Shown here piece after piece: positions 31,195 to 39,876 of a stretch of 47,453 nt of DNA (within the stretch, counting starts at the first letter, position 1; each line of letters starts with the position of its first letter). The stretch spans positions 1-47,453 of the forward strand of contig NZ_CALIBF010000034.1 of assembly GCF_938045465.1 (NCBI RefSeq), given 5' to 3'. The DNA is from an uncultured Campylobacter sp. GTDB taxonomy: Bacteria; Campylobacterota; Campylobacteria; Campylobacterales; Campylobacteraceae. The notes beneath the pieces were generated by a model. It had not been told where the DNA came from and searched no databases. It worked only from the letters and a program-made list of their open reading frames with translations. Both the position numbers and the translations under genes were made by a program.

Positions 31195-31568
31195 TATTTA
31201 ATCCCCTTTGCATATTCCTCTTCGCTAAGCCCTAAAAGAGAGGCCACCTTTTTCTGCTCGTCGCTCAAGGAGGACGCGCTATTTTTTTGAAGCTCCTTTT
31301 TGCCGAAAAACGCGCCCAAAAGGGAGCTAAGCTTTTGCACCTGTCCGTCTAGTGCCGCAATCTTTTCGACTATTGCGTTACTCTCTTTGGCGCTTGCGTC
31401 CTCTTTTTTATCCGGCGCACCATCTTTTTTAGCGTTTGCATCGGGCGCCCCTTCCTCTTTTTTCACTTCATCCGCCTTCTTGCGCTCGGCAAAATTTGCG
31501 CTAAGCTCCTCTATTTGCTTGCCTAGGGCGTCTATTTTTGCCGAAAGCTCCGAAATTTCTTTATCCAT
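31194..31568 (-). CDS. scaffold protein gpZ from an internal in-frame start of gpI
   Basis: AAGGAG-8nt-ATG (MDKEISEL) at the protease/coiled-coil boundary; same arrangement as Mu I/Z. Confidence 0.7.
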   Translation of the reverse strand: MDKEISELSAKIDALGKQIEELSANFAERKKADEVKKEEGAPDANAKKDGAPDKKEDASAKESNAIVEKIAALDGQVQKLSSLLGAFFGKKELQKNSASSLSDEQKKVASLLGLSEEEYAKGIK

Positions 31569-31988
31569 CTCTTCCTCTCCTTTTGAGTTGATTGCATTAT
31601 TTAGCAAATTTGGGCGATTTACGAGCCCTACGCTATCAAGCCCGATCACCCGTCTATTCTCTCCCATATCAAAAACGGGGCTTAGGTATCGATACGCCCG
31701 CGAGCCGATAAGCTCCTCACCCGTTTTATTTAGGCTTAGGCTAGCGTAAATCCCGCCATCTCTAAGCTCGAAACTATCCTTATCAAACCACCCTAAAGCC
31801 GCGCCAAAGCTGTGGTTTTCATCAAGGGCGATATCAAGGGCGTTTTTTTCTATGGAGGCTATCAGTGCGGCGCCGTCAATCCGAAACGCGCGCCCGTCAA
31901 GACCTATCACTTCGCCGACCGGCGAAACCTTTACCTTTTCGTCCTGCTTAAAATTTAGCTCTAAAACGCTATTTATGCCTTGTCTCAT
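31194..31988 (-). CDS. Mu-like head maturation protease gpI
   Basis: LDENH, ALGW, YRYLSPVF, GLVNRPNL; C-terminal VASLLGLSEEEY. Confidence 0.93.
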   Translation of the reverse strand: MRQGINSVLELNFKQDEKVKVSPVGEVIGLDGRAFRIDGAALIASIEKNALDIALDENHSFGAALGWFDKDSFELRDGGIYASLSLNKTGEELIGSRAYRYLSPVFDMGENRRVIGLDSVGLVNRPNLLNNAINSKGEEEMDKEISELSAKIDALGKQIEELSANFAERKKADEVKKEEGAPDANAKKDGAPDKKEDASAKESNAIVEKIAALDGQVQKLSSLLGAFFGKKELQKNSASSLSDEQKKVASLLGLSEEEYAKGIK

Positions 31989-32015
31989 ACTGCCTCCGTC
32001 TCGAAATTTGGCGGT

Positions 32016-32094
32016 ATTATACGGACAAACGCCGTTAAAATCACTCTATTTAGGGGCTATCAAGAGTGAAACGGAAAAAAATTCGGGCTAAAAT
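32016..32094. promoter_or_regulatory. divergent late promoters with a central dyad
   Basis: TATAAT (minus) 32021-32016; TAAAAT 32089-32094; TCACTCT 32041-32047 / AGAGTGA 32063-32069. Confidence 0.7.
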
Positions 32095-32161
32095 GCGAGA
32101 TAAAAATAAAATCGTCGCGCATAGCAAAGTGAGACGACGCGCAAATTTAAGGAGGTAAGCC

Positions 32162-32629
32162 TTGGACGTTAAAACCGCACGCGATATGTTTATCAAAGGC
32201 TACTCAATCACCGACATCGCTACTGCTTGCGGCGTAAGTCGCCAAAGTATCTATGCCGCCAAGGCTAGAGCAAAAGCCGCGGGCGAGGACTGGGATGAGC
32301 TAGCGCTTGCAAAAAACAGAGAGCAAAGTAATACCATCAAAAGCGAGCAAGGTTTTATCCTTGCGCTGATAGAAAGCTTCGAGCGGGCGTTTTCACAGAT
32401 GCAGGAGCTGCCGCCTCAAGAGAGACTAGAAATTTTAAAAGATTATACGCAAACCTATTATAGCCTTAAAGCCCCATTAAAAACGGATTTGAAGGCTCAA
32501 ATGCTAGACGCCGCAAGCCGCGCGATAAATGAGATCGCCGATCTTGCCACGAAGAAAAAATGCGATGCCGTGACGGAGTTTTTAGCTGCGAATGCGGATG
32601 AAATTTTACGCCGGGTGCTTAAGCAATGA
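32162..32629 (+). CDS. putative terminase small subunit (DUF1804-like HTH)
   Basis: N-terminal HTH SITDIATACGVSRQSIY, GEDWD; TTG start with AAGGAGG RBS. Confidence 0.8.
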   Translation: MDVKTARDMFIKGYSITDIATACGVSRQSIYAAKARAKAAGEDWDELALAKNREQSNTIKSEQGFILALIESFERAFSQMQELPPQERLEILKDYTQTYYSLKAPLKTDLKAQMLDAASRAINEIADLATKKKCDAVTEFLAANADEILRRVLKQ

Positions 32630-34143
32630 TCGCAAATGAAGATATCGAAGCATTGCGCGTCAAGCTCAAATCCCTAAGGCGCGCCATCGATCCGCAAAGA
32701 GACGCTAGGATAAAGGCTGCGCGCGCAAGCTTTAAAGAGTGCGTGCGGATCTATTTTAGCGCTCACGTACGCCTGCCCGAAACCTCAAAATTTCGAGCGG
32801 ATTTTTATAAAAATGAGGCGAAGCTAAGCACGAAAAATAGGCATCTGCTTTTTAAGGCTTACAGAGGAGCTGCCAAAACTACCCTGATTTCAAGGCTTTG
32901 GGTACTCTTTAACACCGCTGTAACCGCACGAAAACGCAACTGCGTAATCATTAGCGCTACGATAAATCTATCCAAAAAGACGATCGAATTTATAAAAAAC
33001 GAGCTTGAGGAAAACGAGCTTTTGATTAGGGACTTCGGTATCAGCAAGGGCGATAAATGGACGGAGGAGGAGATCGTATTTTATAGCGGTAAGCAGGCGT
33101 TTAAAATTTCCGCTTACGGCGCAGGCAAAAAGATCCGCGGCGAAAACTGGCGCGGCTTCCGTCCAGATCTTATTATTTGCGACGATCTCGAAAACGACGA
33201 AAACGTCAAAACGAAAGCGCAGCGCGACAAACTTTATGAGTGGTTTGAAAAGGCCATTATGAAGCTGCCTGCCCGCGGCGATAACGCTTATAATATCGTA
33301 GTAGTCGGCACGACGCTGCATTATGATAGCCTGCTCTTTCGCATCGAAGCAAGAGCGGATTTCAAAACTCTATCCTATCCGCTAGTGCGCGCTTTTCCCG
33401 CAAACGTAGATGAGCAAAAGTGGGATATGAAAGAGCTGCTGCTAGATGATAGCAGGCTGGATAAAGAGCGCATAAAACAGGAGTTTCTAAGCTCCAAAGG
33501 CGCCTTTATGAGCGAATATCAAAACGAGCCGCTAAGTAAAGAGGAGGCAAGCTTTAGCGGATATCAAACTTTCGAGCAGATGCCTCTTTGCGACGCCTAT
33601 TATATGGGGATTGACCCCGCATTAGGAAAAAGCAAGGGCGATTATTTCGCCGTAGCTACGCTTGGGGCTTATGAGGGCAAATTTTATGCAAGCGTTAAGA
33701 TGGCAAAAGTAAAGCCCGAGCTTATGATGGATCGTATCATAGCAGCGGCGCTTGAAATTTTACGACTTAACCGCCCGCTTAAAATCGCGATCGAAACTAT
33801 TCAGTTTCAGGAGTTTTTTAAGGATATGCTCGACAAAAAAGCCCGCGAATTAGGGCTTTATCTGCCTATCATAGAGCTTAAAAATAGCGTGCCTAAGCAG
33901 CTTCGTATCGATAGCCTAACCCCGCCTATAAATAACGGCGTGATCCTAAGCGATAAAAACTCGCTCGTTTTCATAGACGAGCTTGATACCTACCCTAAAA
34001 GTGCGCATGATGACGGGCTGGATGCGCTAGAGATGGCATGGCGCATCGCAAAAGTACCGGCGTTTGATTATGCAAGGGCTAGGCAGATAATAAAAGAGCG
34101 GAAACGCAAACGCGATATGATAAAAGATATGTTACAAAGCTGA
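32626..34143 (+). CDS. terminase large subunit
   Basis: YRGAAKTT, RPDLIICDDLE, GIDPA, HDDGLDALEMA. Confidence 0.95.
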   Translation: MIANEDIEALRVKLKSLRRAIDPQRDARIKAARASFKECVRIYFSAHVRLPETSKFRADFYKNEAKLSTKNRHLLFKAYRGAAKTTLISRLWVLFNTAVTARKRNCVIISATINLSKKTIEFIKNELEENELLIRDFGISKGDKWTEEEIVFYSGKQAFKISAYGAGKKIRGENWRGFRPDLIICDDLENDENVKTKAQRDKLYEWFEKAIMKLPARGDNAYNIVVVGTTLHYDSLLFRIEARADFKTLSYPLVRAFPANVDEQKWDMKELLLDDSRLDKERIKQEFLSSKGAFMSEYQNEPLSKEEASFSGYQTFEQMPLCDAYYMGIDPALGKSKGDYFAVATLGAYEGKFYASVKMAKVKPELMMDRIIAAALEILRLNRPLKIAIETIQFQEFFKDMLDKKARELGLYLPIIELKNSVPKQLRIDSLTPPINNGVILSDKNSLVFIDELDTYPKSAHDDGLDALEMAWRIAKVPAFDYARARQIIKERKRKRDMIKDMLQS

Positions 34144-34154
34144 TAAGAACAATG

Positions 34155-34255
34155 CCGTTTAAACGCTTTTAAAAGCCGTTTAAAAGCGTTTAAATATTTT
34201 TGGACGTGTGATTTACCGCCCAAGAGGCTAAAAGCGCTTAAAACGCACGCAAATG
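34155..34255. other. candidate strong gyrase site
   Basis: Phased TTTAAA/GC arms flanking G-TGAT-TT (34209-34212). Confidence 0.55.
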
Positions 34256-34272
34256 AAATTTAAGGATGATGG

Positions 34273-35625
34273 ATGAAAAAACAAGATTTAAGATCGCTCA
34301 TTAAGTTTTTAAGACCCAAGGGGGCTTATTCCAAGACCGACGTAGCGGGATATGTAGAGCTAAGCCCCTCTAAGATCCGCGCCGCACTGCTTACCAAGCA
34401 GCAGAATTATTTATTCCCTGCATTTTCGCTCATAATGGATAAGGATAGCGCCGTAGGGGCTGAAATAGAAAAGCGTTTAAGCTCGGTAGAGAATAAATTT
34501 TTTACCCACGATCTGGGCGAGGATCAAAACGAAAATATCGAGCAAATCATAAAGGCTGCGGTGAACGCTAGGATTTTCGGTCTTAGCGTTTTAGAAGTGT
34601 ATGCGGACGAGGACGCAAATATAAAATTTGACGTAGTAGATAGAATATATATTAATATCGTAGAAAACAAGCCCTATCTGCGGATAGGCTCACGCGATAT
34701 TGAAGCCAAAGAGCCGTTTTTTATAGTAGTGAGGCAGGAAGATCCGGCGCTACTTAAAATTTTGTGGCTGGTGTTTGCTAAACATTTCGTGCTTAGCCAT
34801 TATCTTAAATTTGTGGAATTCTTAGGCGTGCCGCCGCTTATCGGCAATAGCTCAAGCGGAGACGAAAACGTCATCACACAAATGGCTGAAGCGCTTGAGG
34901 GTATCAAAAGCGGCAGTTACGCGGTGCTAGGTCCGAACGACATTATCAAAGTGCTTGAGGGTAGAGGAAGCCAAGCCGACTTTATGGAGTTTGTGCGCTA
35001 TTGCGACGCCGAGATAGCCAAAGTAATAAACGGCTCAGTGCTTAGTTCCAACGCAAACACCGCACAAAGCGGCAGCTACGCAATGAGCAAAACCCACGAG
35101 CAAAACCGCGCCGAGATAGTCGCTGCGGACGTGAAATTCGCAAGCCGCTTAGTCGAGCGAATATATGCGCGTCTTGGCAAAAGGGCAAATCTAAACATTC
35201 AAATCGAAAAGGATGTGGATCTGCTCCAGCGCGCACAGATGCTTCAAATTTTGCACGATATGGGATACCGAATGAGCCCTGAAGATATGGCAAAGGAATT
35301 TGACCTGCCGCCAAGCGCAAAAGCTACGGACGCGAAAGAGGGCGACGGATCAAACGGGCGCATAGGCGCAGAGAAAAACTCTGCCGGTGCAGCTAAATAT
35401 CTCACCGAGATAGAGAGGCAAACCGCGCAGCACGATTTTAGCGCCGCAAGCTCGCAAATTTCATCATACGTAAGAAGCGTGGTGGATAAAGCCCAAACCT
35501 ACGAGCAGGCTTATGAGATACTTGCAAAAAATCCGCTAGGTTTTAAACTCGATGCCCTGGAGGAGGAGCTATTTCGGGTCATAGCAAACGCTGAAATTTT
35601 AGGCGCGGACGATCATGAATATTAG
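34273..35625 (+). CDS. Mu gp29-like portal protein
   Basis: FVEFLGVP, YCDAEIAKVINGSVL, GSYAMSKTH. Confidence 0.92.
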   Translation: MKKQDLRSLIKFLRPKGAYSKTDVAGYVELSPSKIRAALLTKQQNYLFPAFSLIMDKDSAVGAEIEKRLSSVENKFFTHDLGEDQNENIEQIIKAAVNARIFGLSVLEVYADEDANIKFDVVDRIYINIVENKPYLRIGSRDIEAKEPFFIVVRQEDPALLKILWLVFAKHFVLSHYLKFVEFLGVPPLIGNSSSGDENVITQMAEALEGIKSGSYAVLGPNDIIKVLEGRGSQADFMEFVRYCDAEIAKVINGSVLSSNANTAQSGSYAMSKTHEQNRAEIVAADVKFASRLVERIYARLGKRANLNIQIEKDVDLLQRAQMLQILHDMGYRMSPEDMAKEFDLPPSAKATDAKEGDGSNGRIGAEKNSAGAAKYLTEIERQTAQHDFSAASSQISSYVRSVVDKAQTYEQAYEILAKNPLGFKLDALEEELFRVIANAEILGADDHEY

Positions 35626-36850
35626 CTTTTTTGCTCCGCCGCAGCAGGTTGTAAAGTATATCAAAGACAAACGGCCGCAGCTTCATTTCGACTATGACGA
35701 GATTATGCACGAGGCTCATCATCGCGTCTTTACAGTCGCAAAGATCACGCGGCTCGATCTACTGAAAGACATTCAAGATAGCCTAGCCCTTGCCGCACAA
35801 AAGGGGCAAGGATTTGATGAATGGAAGCGCGGCATTAAAGATACCCTAGCGCGCAAAGGCTGGCTAGGGGACGTAGCGGTAACTGACCCTAAAACGGGCG
35901 AGCAAAAGCAAATTTACGTGGGCGATCGCAGGCTGCGAAATATCTATAACACCAATATGCGAGTAGCCTATGCCGCTGCGCGCTACCAAAGCCAGATGAA
36001 CTCGGATCTGCCGTATTTTCGTTATGTCGCGGTGCTGGATGATCGCACCAGGGCGAGCCACCGCGCGCTGCATGGGCTGATACTGCCGAAAAACCATCCG
36101 TTTTGGGATAAGGGCTATCCACCTAACGGCTGGAATTGCCGCTGCAAGGTGCAGGTGGTAGATGACGATGATCTGCGGCGAGAGGGCTGGAGCATAGCTA
36201 AGCAAATTCCGCCCACTAAAATCCATCCTGACTGGGCTTATAACGTCGGCAAGACGGACAATTTAGATAAAATTTTAACGGAGAAGTTAGCTAAGCTTAA
36301 CAAAAGTCGTGCGGTTTCAAAAAGCGTTAAAAAGGCGGTTAAAGATGATTTAAAGGACTTTTCGCATAAGCGCGATCTTTACGTTTGGCAGGCCTCGTTA
36401 CTTGAAGCCGTAAGCGAACTATTGATAAAGAAAAATATAAAGAGCCCTATAAATACCTTTCAAGTGGGAACCCTAAAACCGAATATAGTGAAATTTTATA
36501 ACGAAACGATGCAAACCGAGCTAGCAGATATAGGTATAGTCTTAAATAAAGAGAAAATTTTGCACTTTTCGCCCGAACGCAAGAGCAAATACGATCAGGC
36601 ACTTCGCATAGATGAAATTAAAGAGTTGGTTAAAATTTTAGATAAGACTAAAAGATATTTTTTTGATAAAAAGAGCAAAAAAGATATTTTGATTTTTTGG
36701 GATGACGAGCAGGATAAAAGCAAGATTAATAAGGCGGTTATAACGCTAGATTACACGATAAAGAAATTTGGAATATCTAATTTAATCGTTACTCTAGGTA
36801 AGATAGACAAAAAAGATTTAGGAACGTATGATTTAGAGGAGATAAAATAA
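35615..36850 (+). CDS. MuF minor head protein with C-terminal putative ribonuclease-toxin (PBECR-like) domain
   Basis: FTVAK, RRLRNIYNTN, DDRTRASH, YPPNGWNCRC; extra AT-rich C-terminal region of about 170 aa. Confidence 0.9.
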   Translation: MNISFFAPPQQVVKYIKDKRPQLHFDYDEIMHEAHHRVFTVAKITRLDLLKDIQDSLALAAQKGQGFDEWKRGIKDTLARKGWLGDVAVTDPKTGEQKQIYVGDRRLRNIYNTNMRVAYAAARYQSQMNSDLPYFRYVAVLDDRTRASHRALHGLILPKNHPFWDKGYPPNGWNCRCKVQVVDDDDLRREGWSIAKQIPPTKIHPDWAYNVGKTDNLDKILTEKLAKLNKSRAVSKSVKKAVKDDLKDFSHKRDLYVWQASLLEAVSELLIKKNIKSPINTFQVGTLKPNIVKFYNETMQTELADIGIVLNKEKILHFSPERKSKYDQALRIDEIKELVKILDKTKRYFFDKKSKKDILIFWDDEQDKSKINKAVITLDYTIKKFGISNLIVTLGKIDKKDLGTYDLEEIK

Positions 36851-36924
36851 AGCCGCTTGCGGGAGTCGAACCCGCCATCCGCTAATAAATTAGCCAAGTT
36901 ACCAACGTTACTTGCATAAGCGGC
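36851..36924 (-). ncRNA. tRNA-like RNA lacking a canonical anticodon loop
   Basis: Acceptor GCCGCTT/AAGCGGC, D-arm CAAGT/ACTTG with GG, GCTAA-TTTA-TTAGC, T-arm GCGGG-TTCGACT-CCCGC; TGGTATAAT at 36945-36937. Confidence 0.75.
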
Positions 36925-36958
36925 TTTATTAAGGCGATTATACCACCAAGGCGGAAAA

Positions 36959-37510
36959 ATGTCAATAAAAATCACGGGGATGGAGGAGATAGAGGCGAAG
37001 CTCACGGCGCTGCAAAATAGCTTAAGCGGAGCGCAGATGAAAAGCAAGCTATCAAGTATCGGCGAAAAGGTAAGGTTGCGAATAGAGCTAAGCTTCGAGC
37101 GAGAGCGCAGCCCATTCGGGCAGGCGTGGGCACCTCTTAGCGCAAACACCGCCATAGCATATATGAGAAAAAGCGGCTTGCCTAAAAGTGCAAGGGCGCG
37201 GAACCGCGTGTTTTTAGCAAAATTCGGCGCCGGCGGTAGCAAGAAAATTTTGCGATTAACCGGACATTTGGCAGAGAATTGGAGTGTGGATCCGAGCGAA
37301 ACTAGCGTTACGATAAGCAATAATAGCTCGCGCGATGGATTTCCTTACGGGCTAACGCATCAATTCGGCTCACATAACGGCTGGGGTCGGGGCATCTATA
37401 TCCCTGCTCGTCCGTTTCTGCCGATAGATAAAAGCGGAGCGCTGCTGCCCTCGTTGCAAAACGATATAGAAAGCTATCTAATCCGTGAAATAGAAAAGGC
37501 GGTAAAGTAG
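36959..37510 (+). CDS. Mu gpG-like virion morphogenesis protein
   Basis: FERERSPFGQAWAPLS, ILRLTGHL, THQFG, IPARPFLP. Confidence 0.93.
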   Translation: MSIKITGMEEIEAKLTALQNSLSGAQMKSKLSSIGEKVRLRIELSFERERSPFGQAWAPLSANTAIAYMRKSGLPKSARARNRVFLAKFGAGGSKKILRLTGHLAENWSVDPSETSVTISNNSSRDGFPYGLTHQFGSHNGWGRGIYIPARPFLPIDKSGALLPSLQNDIESYLIREIEKAVK

Positions 37511-37531
37511 AGTTTTTGTGATTTTATGGGA

Positions 37532-37723
37532 TTATTCGGGGCGGTCTAATTTTTCTTTCAGAGCCTCTTTTGCATATCTGTTTAGCTCTTCATCGGTTTT
37601 TAAAATTTCTATCGTGCAGAAGCTGGTGCCGCATTTCGGACATTTGCGCCAACGCTGCACCGTAGTGCTTTTGATCGTGGCTATGACGCAGGTTTTTTCG
37701 TAGGCACACTTCGGGCAGATCAT
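37532..37723 (-). CDS. C4 zinc-ribbon protein (Ogr/Delta- or NrdR-N-like), candidate late activator
   Basis: MICPKC...RWRKCPKCGTSFCTIE; last gene of the early operon. Confidence 0.75.
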   Translation of the reverse strand: MICPKCAYEKTCVIATIKSTTVQRWRKCPKCGTSFCTIEILKTDEELNRYAKEALKEKLDRPE

Positions 37724-38214
37724 ACTTGCCCTTTGCTGGCACGAAATTGTGCGATCTTGCTTAGCCCGGTGATTAGCTTGCTTGCGTTTGCTGCGCTTAA
37801 TTTTGCCAGCTGCTCTTTTTTGCCAAGCAAAATTTTACATTGTCGCATCGTAAAGCCCAAAAGCCCTCGCTCATCCATACCAAGGCAAGCGGCAAGCGCG
37901 CTTATGCGAGCAAACTGCGACGGGCTTATCCTTTTGACGACGGGCTTCGCCTTGCCGAGCTTACCGCTTGCATTGTAGATCAAATTTCGCCCCAATATGT
38001 CGGGCTTGAAGTCCGTCCCATCCTGCGCACGTCCGCATAAAATATCAAGTGCGCGCTCAAGCTCGCTTATGCTTAGCTCCTTGCAGCTATAGACGCCGAA
38101 GCGGAAGCCGAGCCAATCCTCCCACGCATCCGCCGCCTTTATTTGTCTATATAACGCGGTAGTGTGAATGCGGGTTAGAAGCTGCTTGCGATAAATTTCT
38201 TGAGACTTAGTCAT
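37720..38214 (-). CDS. GemA/gp16-like protein
   Basis: RKQLLTRIH...SCKELSISEL...ASKLITGL. Confidence 0.8.
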   Translation of the reverse strand: MTKSQEIYRKQLLTRIHTTALYRQIKAADAWEDWLGFRFGVYSCKELSISELERALDILCGRAQDGTDFKPDILGRNLIYNASGKLGKAKPVVKRISPSQFARISALAACLGMDERGLLGFTMRQCKILLGKKEQLAKLSAANASKLITGLSKIAQFRASKGQV

Positions 38215-38224
38215 CGCTTGTCCT

Positions 38225-38620
38225 TCATTTTAAATCCCAATTTATATTTTTTAAATAATTTTCAGCTTTTTGAGCTTCTTTTTTACCGGCTTTTGAAGAA
38301 TAAAAGAATTTAATGTATATGCCTTCATCATTACGTGGCATACGTAAAACTCCCCAAAAACCTATGCATCCGCCTCGTTTTCTTTCTTTTTCAAAAACTT
38401 TTGATGTAGAAAATAAGATATTAATATTGTAGTTTCCATTATTTTTGCGAAATTTAAAGATTGGGAATTTTTCTTGAATATCTTTAGAGATTTCATTAAT
38501 AAAACGTGTATAGGCATCCTCTTTTTTTCTATATAATTCGCTTATATCTTTATCTAGTTTGCGAAATTCTTTTAAGCTTTCATAAAGCGTTTCTGCGTTT
38601 TGTATTATTTGTTTTTCCAT
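38225..38620 (-). CDS. hypothetical protein (AT-rich insert)
   Basis: 131-aa ORF with AAGGA RBS. Confidence 0.7.
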   Translation of the reverse strand: MEKQIIQNAETLYESLKEFRKLDKDISELYRKKEDAYTRFINEISKDIQEKFPIFKFRKNNGNYNINILFSTSKVFEKERKRGGCIGFWGVLRMPRNDEGIYIKFFYSSKAGKKEAQKAENYLKNINWDLK

Positions 38621-38636
38621 TTTTTATCCTTTCTTT

Positions 38637-39428
38637 TTAAATTTTACAAAAACAATCTTTTAGCGGCTCGTCGTCAAACGCTAAAGAGCCTTGCCTGTCT
38701 ATGCGGCTAAATTCTGCCTCCATATCCGCGCAGGTCAAATTACCTGCAAACCACGACGTATTAAGCACAGCCTCGCCACTATCTCGCATGGCCAAAAGCT
38801 CGGCTTCGATCCGCTTCATATACTCCCATTCAGGCTTGAAATTTTTCCATATCTGATAGAAAGCGCGCTTTGACTGCGCGGGGCAAAAGTAGCAGCCCAT
38901 GCGGCTGAAAAACCTATATAGTGGATTTTCCATCTCGCGCTCTTTCAGATATATCGTGCAGTCTACTTCGCTCATATCGTAGTCGTCGATGAGCGGATAA
39001 AGAAACTCATTGCCGTCCATTCTGCGATGGGTTTCGTCTGTGGTGTAGCCGATATAGATCTTATACTCGTCAAAGCTCTGGGCCTTGAGCCAACGCTCGA
39101 ATGGCGCAACTTTCGCCTCTCTCCGCCACGCACAAAAGCCCTGCGTCTGCGGAGCGGGGAGGCCCCGAATGGCACCTTTGTTTTCGCCTCTGCTTATGCG
39201 CCCGAAAATGCACTCCTCAAAACTCATTGCAGGTCTTAACTTTGTGATCTCCTTGCCGTATCGCGCCTTGAAATACTCGCCGAGCTTGGCGATGTATGAA
39301 TACATAGTTGCAAATTCGTGCAAAGTATCGTAAAAAACGATATGATCGAGCGGCTTTTTGTCGCGCAGTAGCAAATCTAGCATCGCCGTGCTATCCTTAC
39401 CGCCCGAAAGGGTTGCGATATAGGTCAT
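38637..39428 (-). CDS. PAPS-reductase-family PP-loop protein
   Basis: LSGGKDS, YDTLHE, YPL, NPLY...RMGCYFCP. Confidence 0.88.
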   Translation of the reverse strand: MTYIATLSGGKDSTAMLDLLLRDKKPLDHIVFYDTLHEFATMYSYIAKLGEYFKARYGKEITKLRPAMSFEECIFGRISRGENKGAIRGLPAPQTQGFCAWRREAKVAPFERWLKAQSFDEYKIYIGYTTDETHRRMDGNEFLYPLIDDYDMSEVDCTIYLKEREMENPLYRFFSRMGCYFCPAQSKRAFYQIWKNFKPEWEYMKRIEAELLAMRDSGEAVLNTSWFAGNLTCADMEAEFSRIDRQGSLAFDDEPLKDCFCKI

Positions 39429-39510
39429 CTCTTTCCTTTAAATTTAAACTCTTTAACAAGCCTTTTAATCGCTTTAAAGGCTTGTTAAAGGGCTTAACGC
39501 CCTTTTAACT

Positions 39511-39876
39511 TTAATCGAACCATAGCCTAAGCGTGCCGTCGTCATCTATGTCCAGTTCATCGGGGATGGCCCCACCGAACAAAGAGTGAGTGCCCTTAAA
39601 ATTTTGATCCAGCATGGTTAAATTGACGATATCGATATAAAAAGTATCGATATGCGAATACTTGCCTCTTTCTAAATCGTCTACCATTTCTTGCGATAAA
39701 AGAAGCAAATCATATCCGATTAGCTCGCAAGTAGCTTTTATGCTGCCGTAGGTTATATCGTGGTTGCCTTCCACTATAAAGCTATCGCCTAGTTCTTCGT
39801 TATCAAGCTCAGCGGCTCTTTTAAAAATTCTCTCAAAATCGGCTTTATCTTTTATCCTATATTTTGGCTCTATCAT
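39511..39876 (-). CDS. hypothetical protein
   Basis: 121-aa acidic ORF, GGAGG RBS, ATGA overlap. Confidence 0.75.
   Translation of the reverse strand: MIEPKYRIKDKADFERIFKRAAELDNEELGDSFIVEGNHDITYGSIKATCELIGYDLLLLSQEMVDDLERGKYSHIDTFYIDIVNLTMLDQNFKGTHSLFGGAIPDELDIDDDGTLRLWFD

Noticed and set aside
36851..36924. Calling this a functional tRNA gene or attB remnant
   Set aside because: Anticodon loop is 4 nt, position 8 is not U and no CCA is encoded; Mu-like phages do not use tRNA att sites and no second copy was seen
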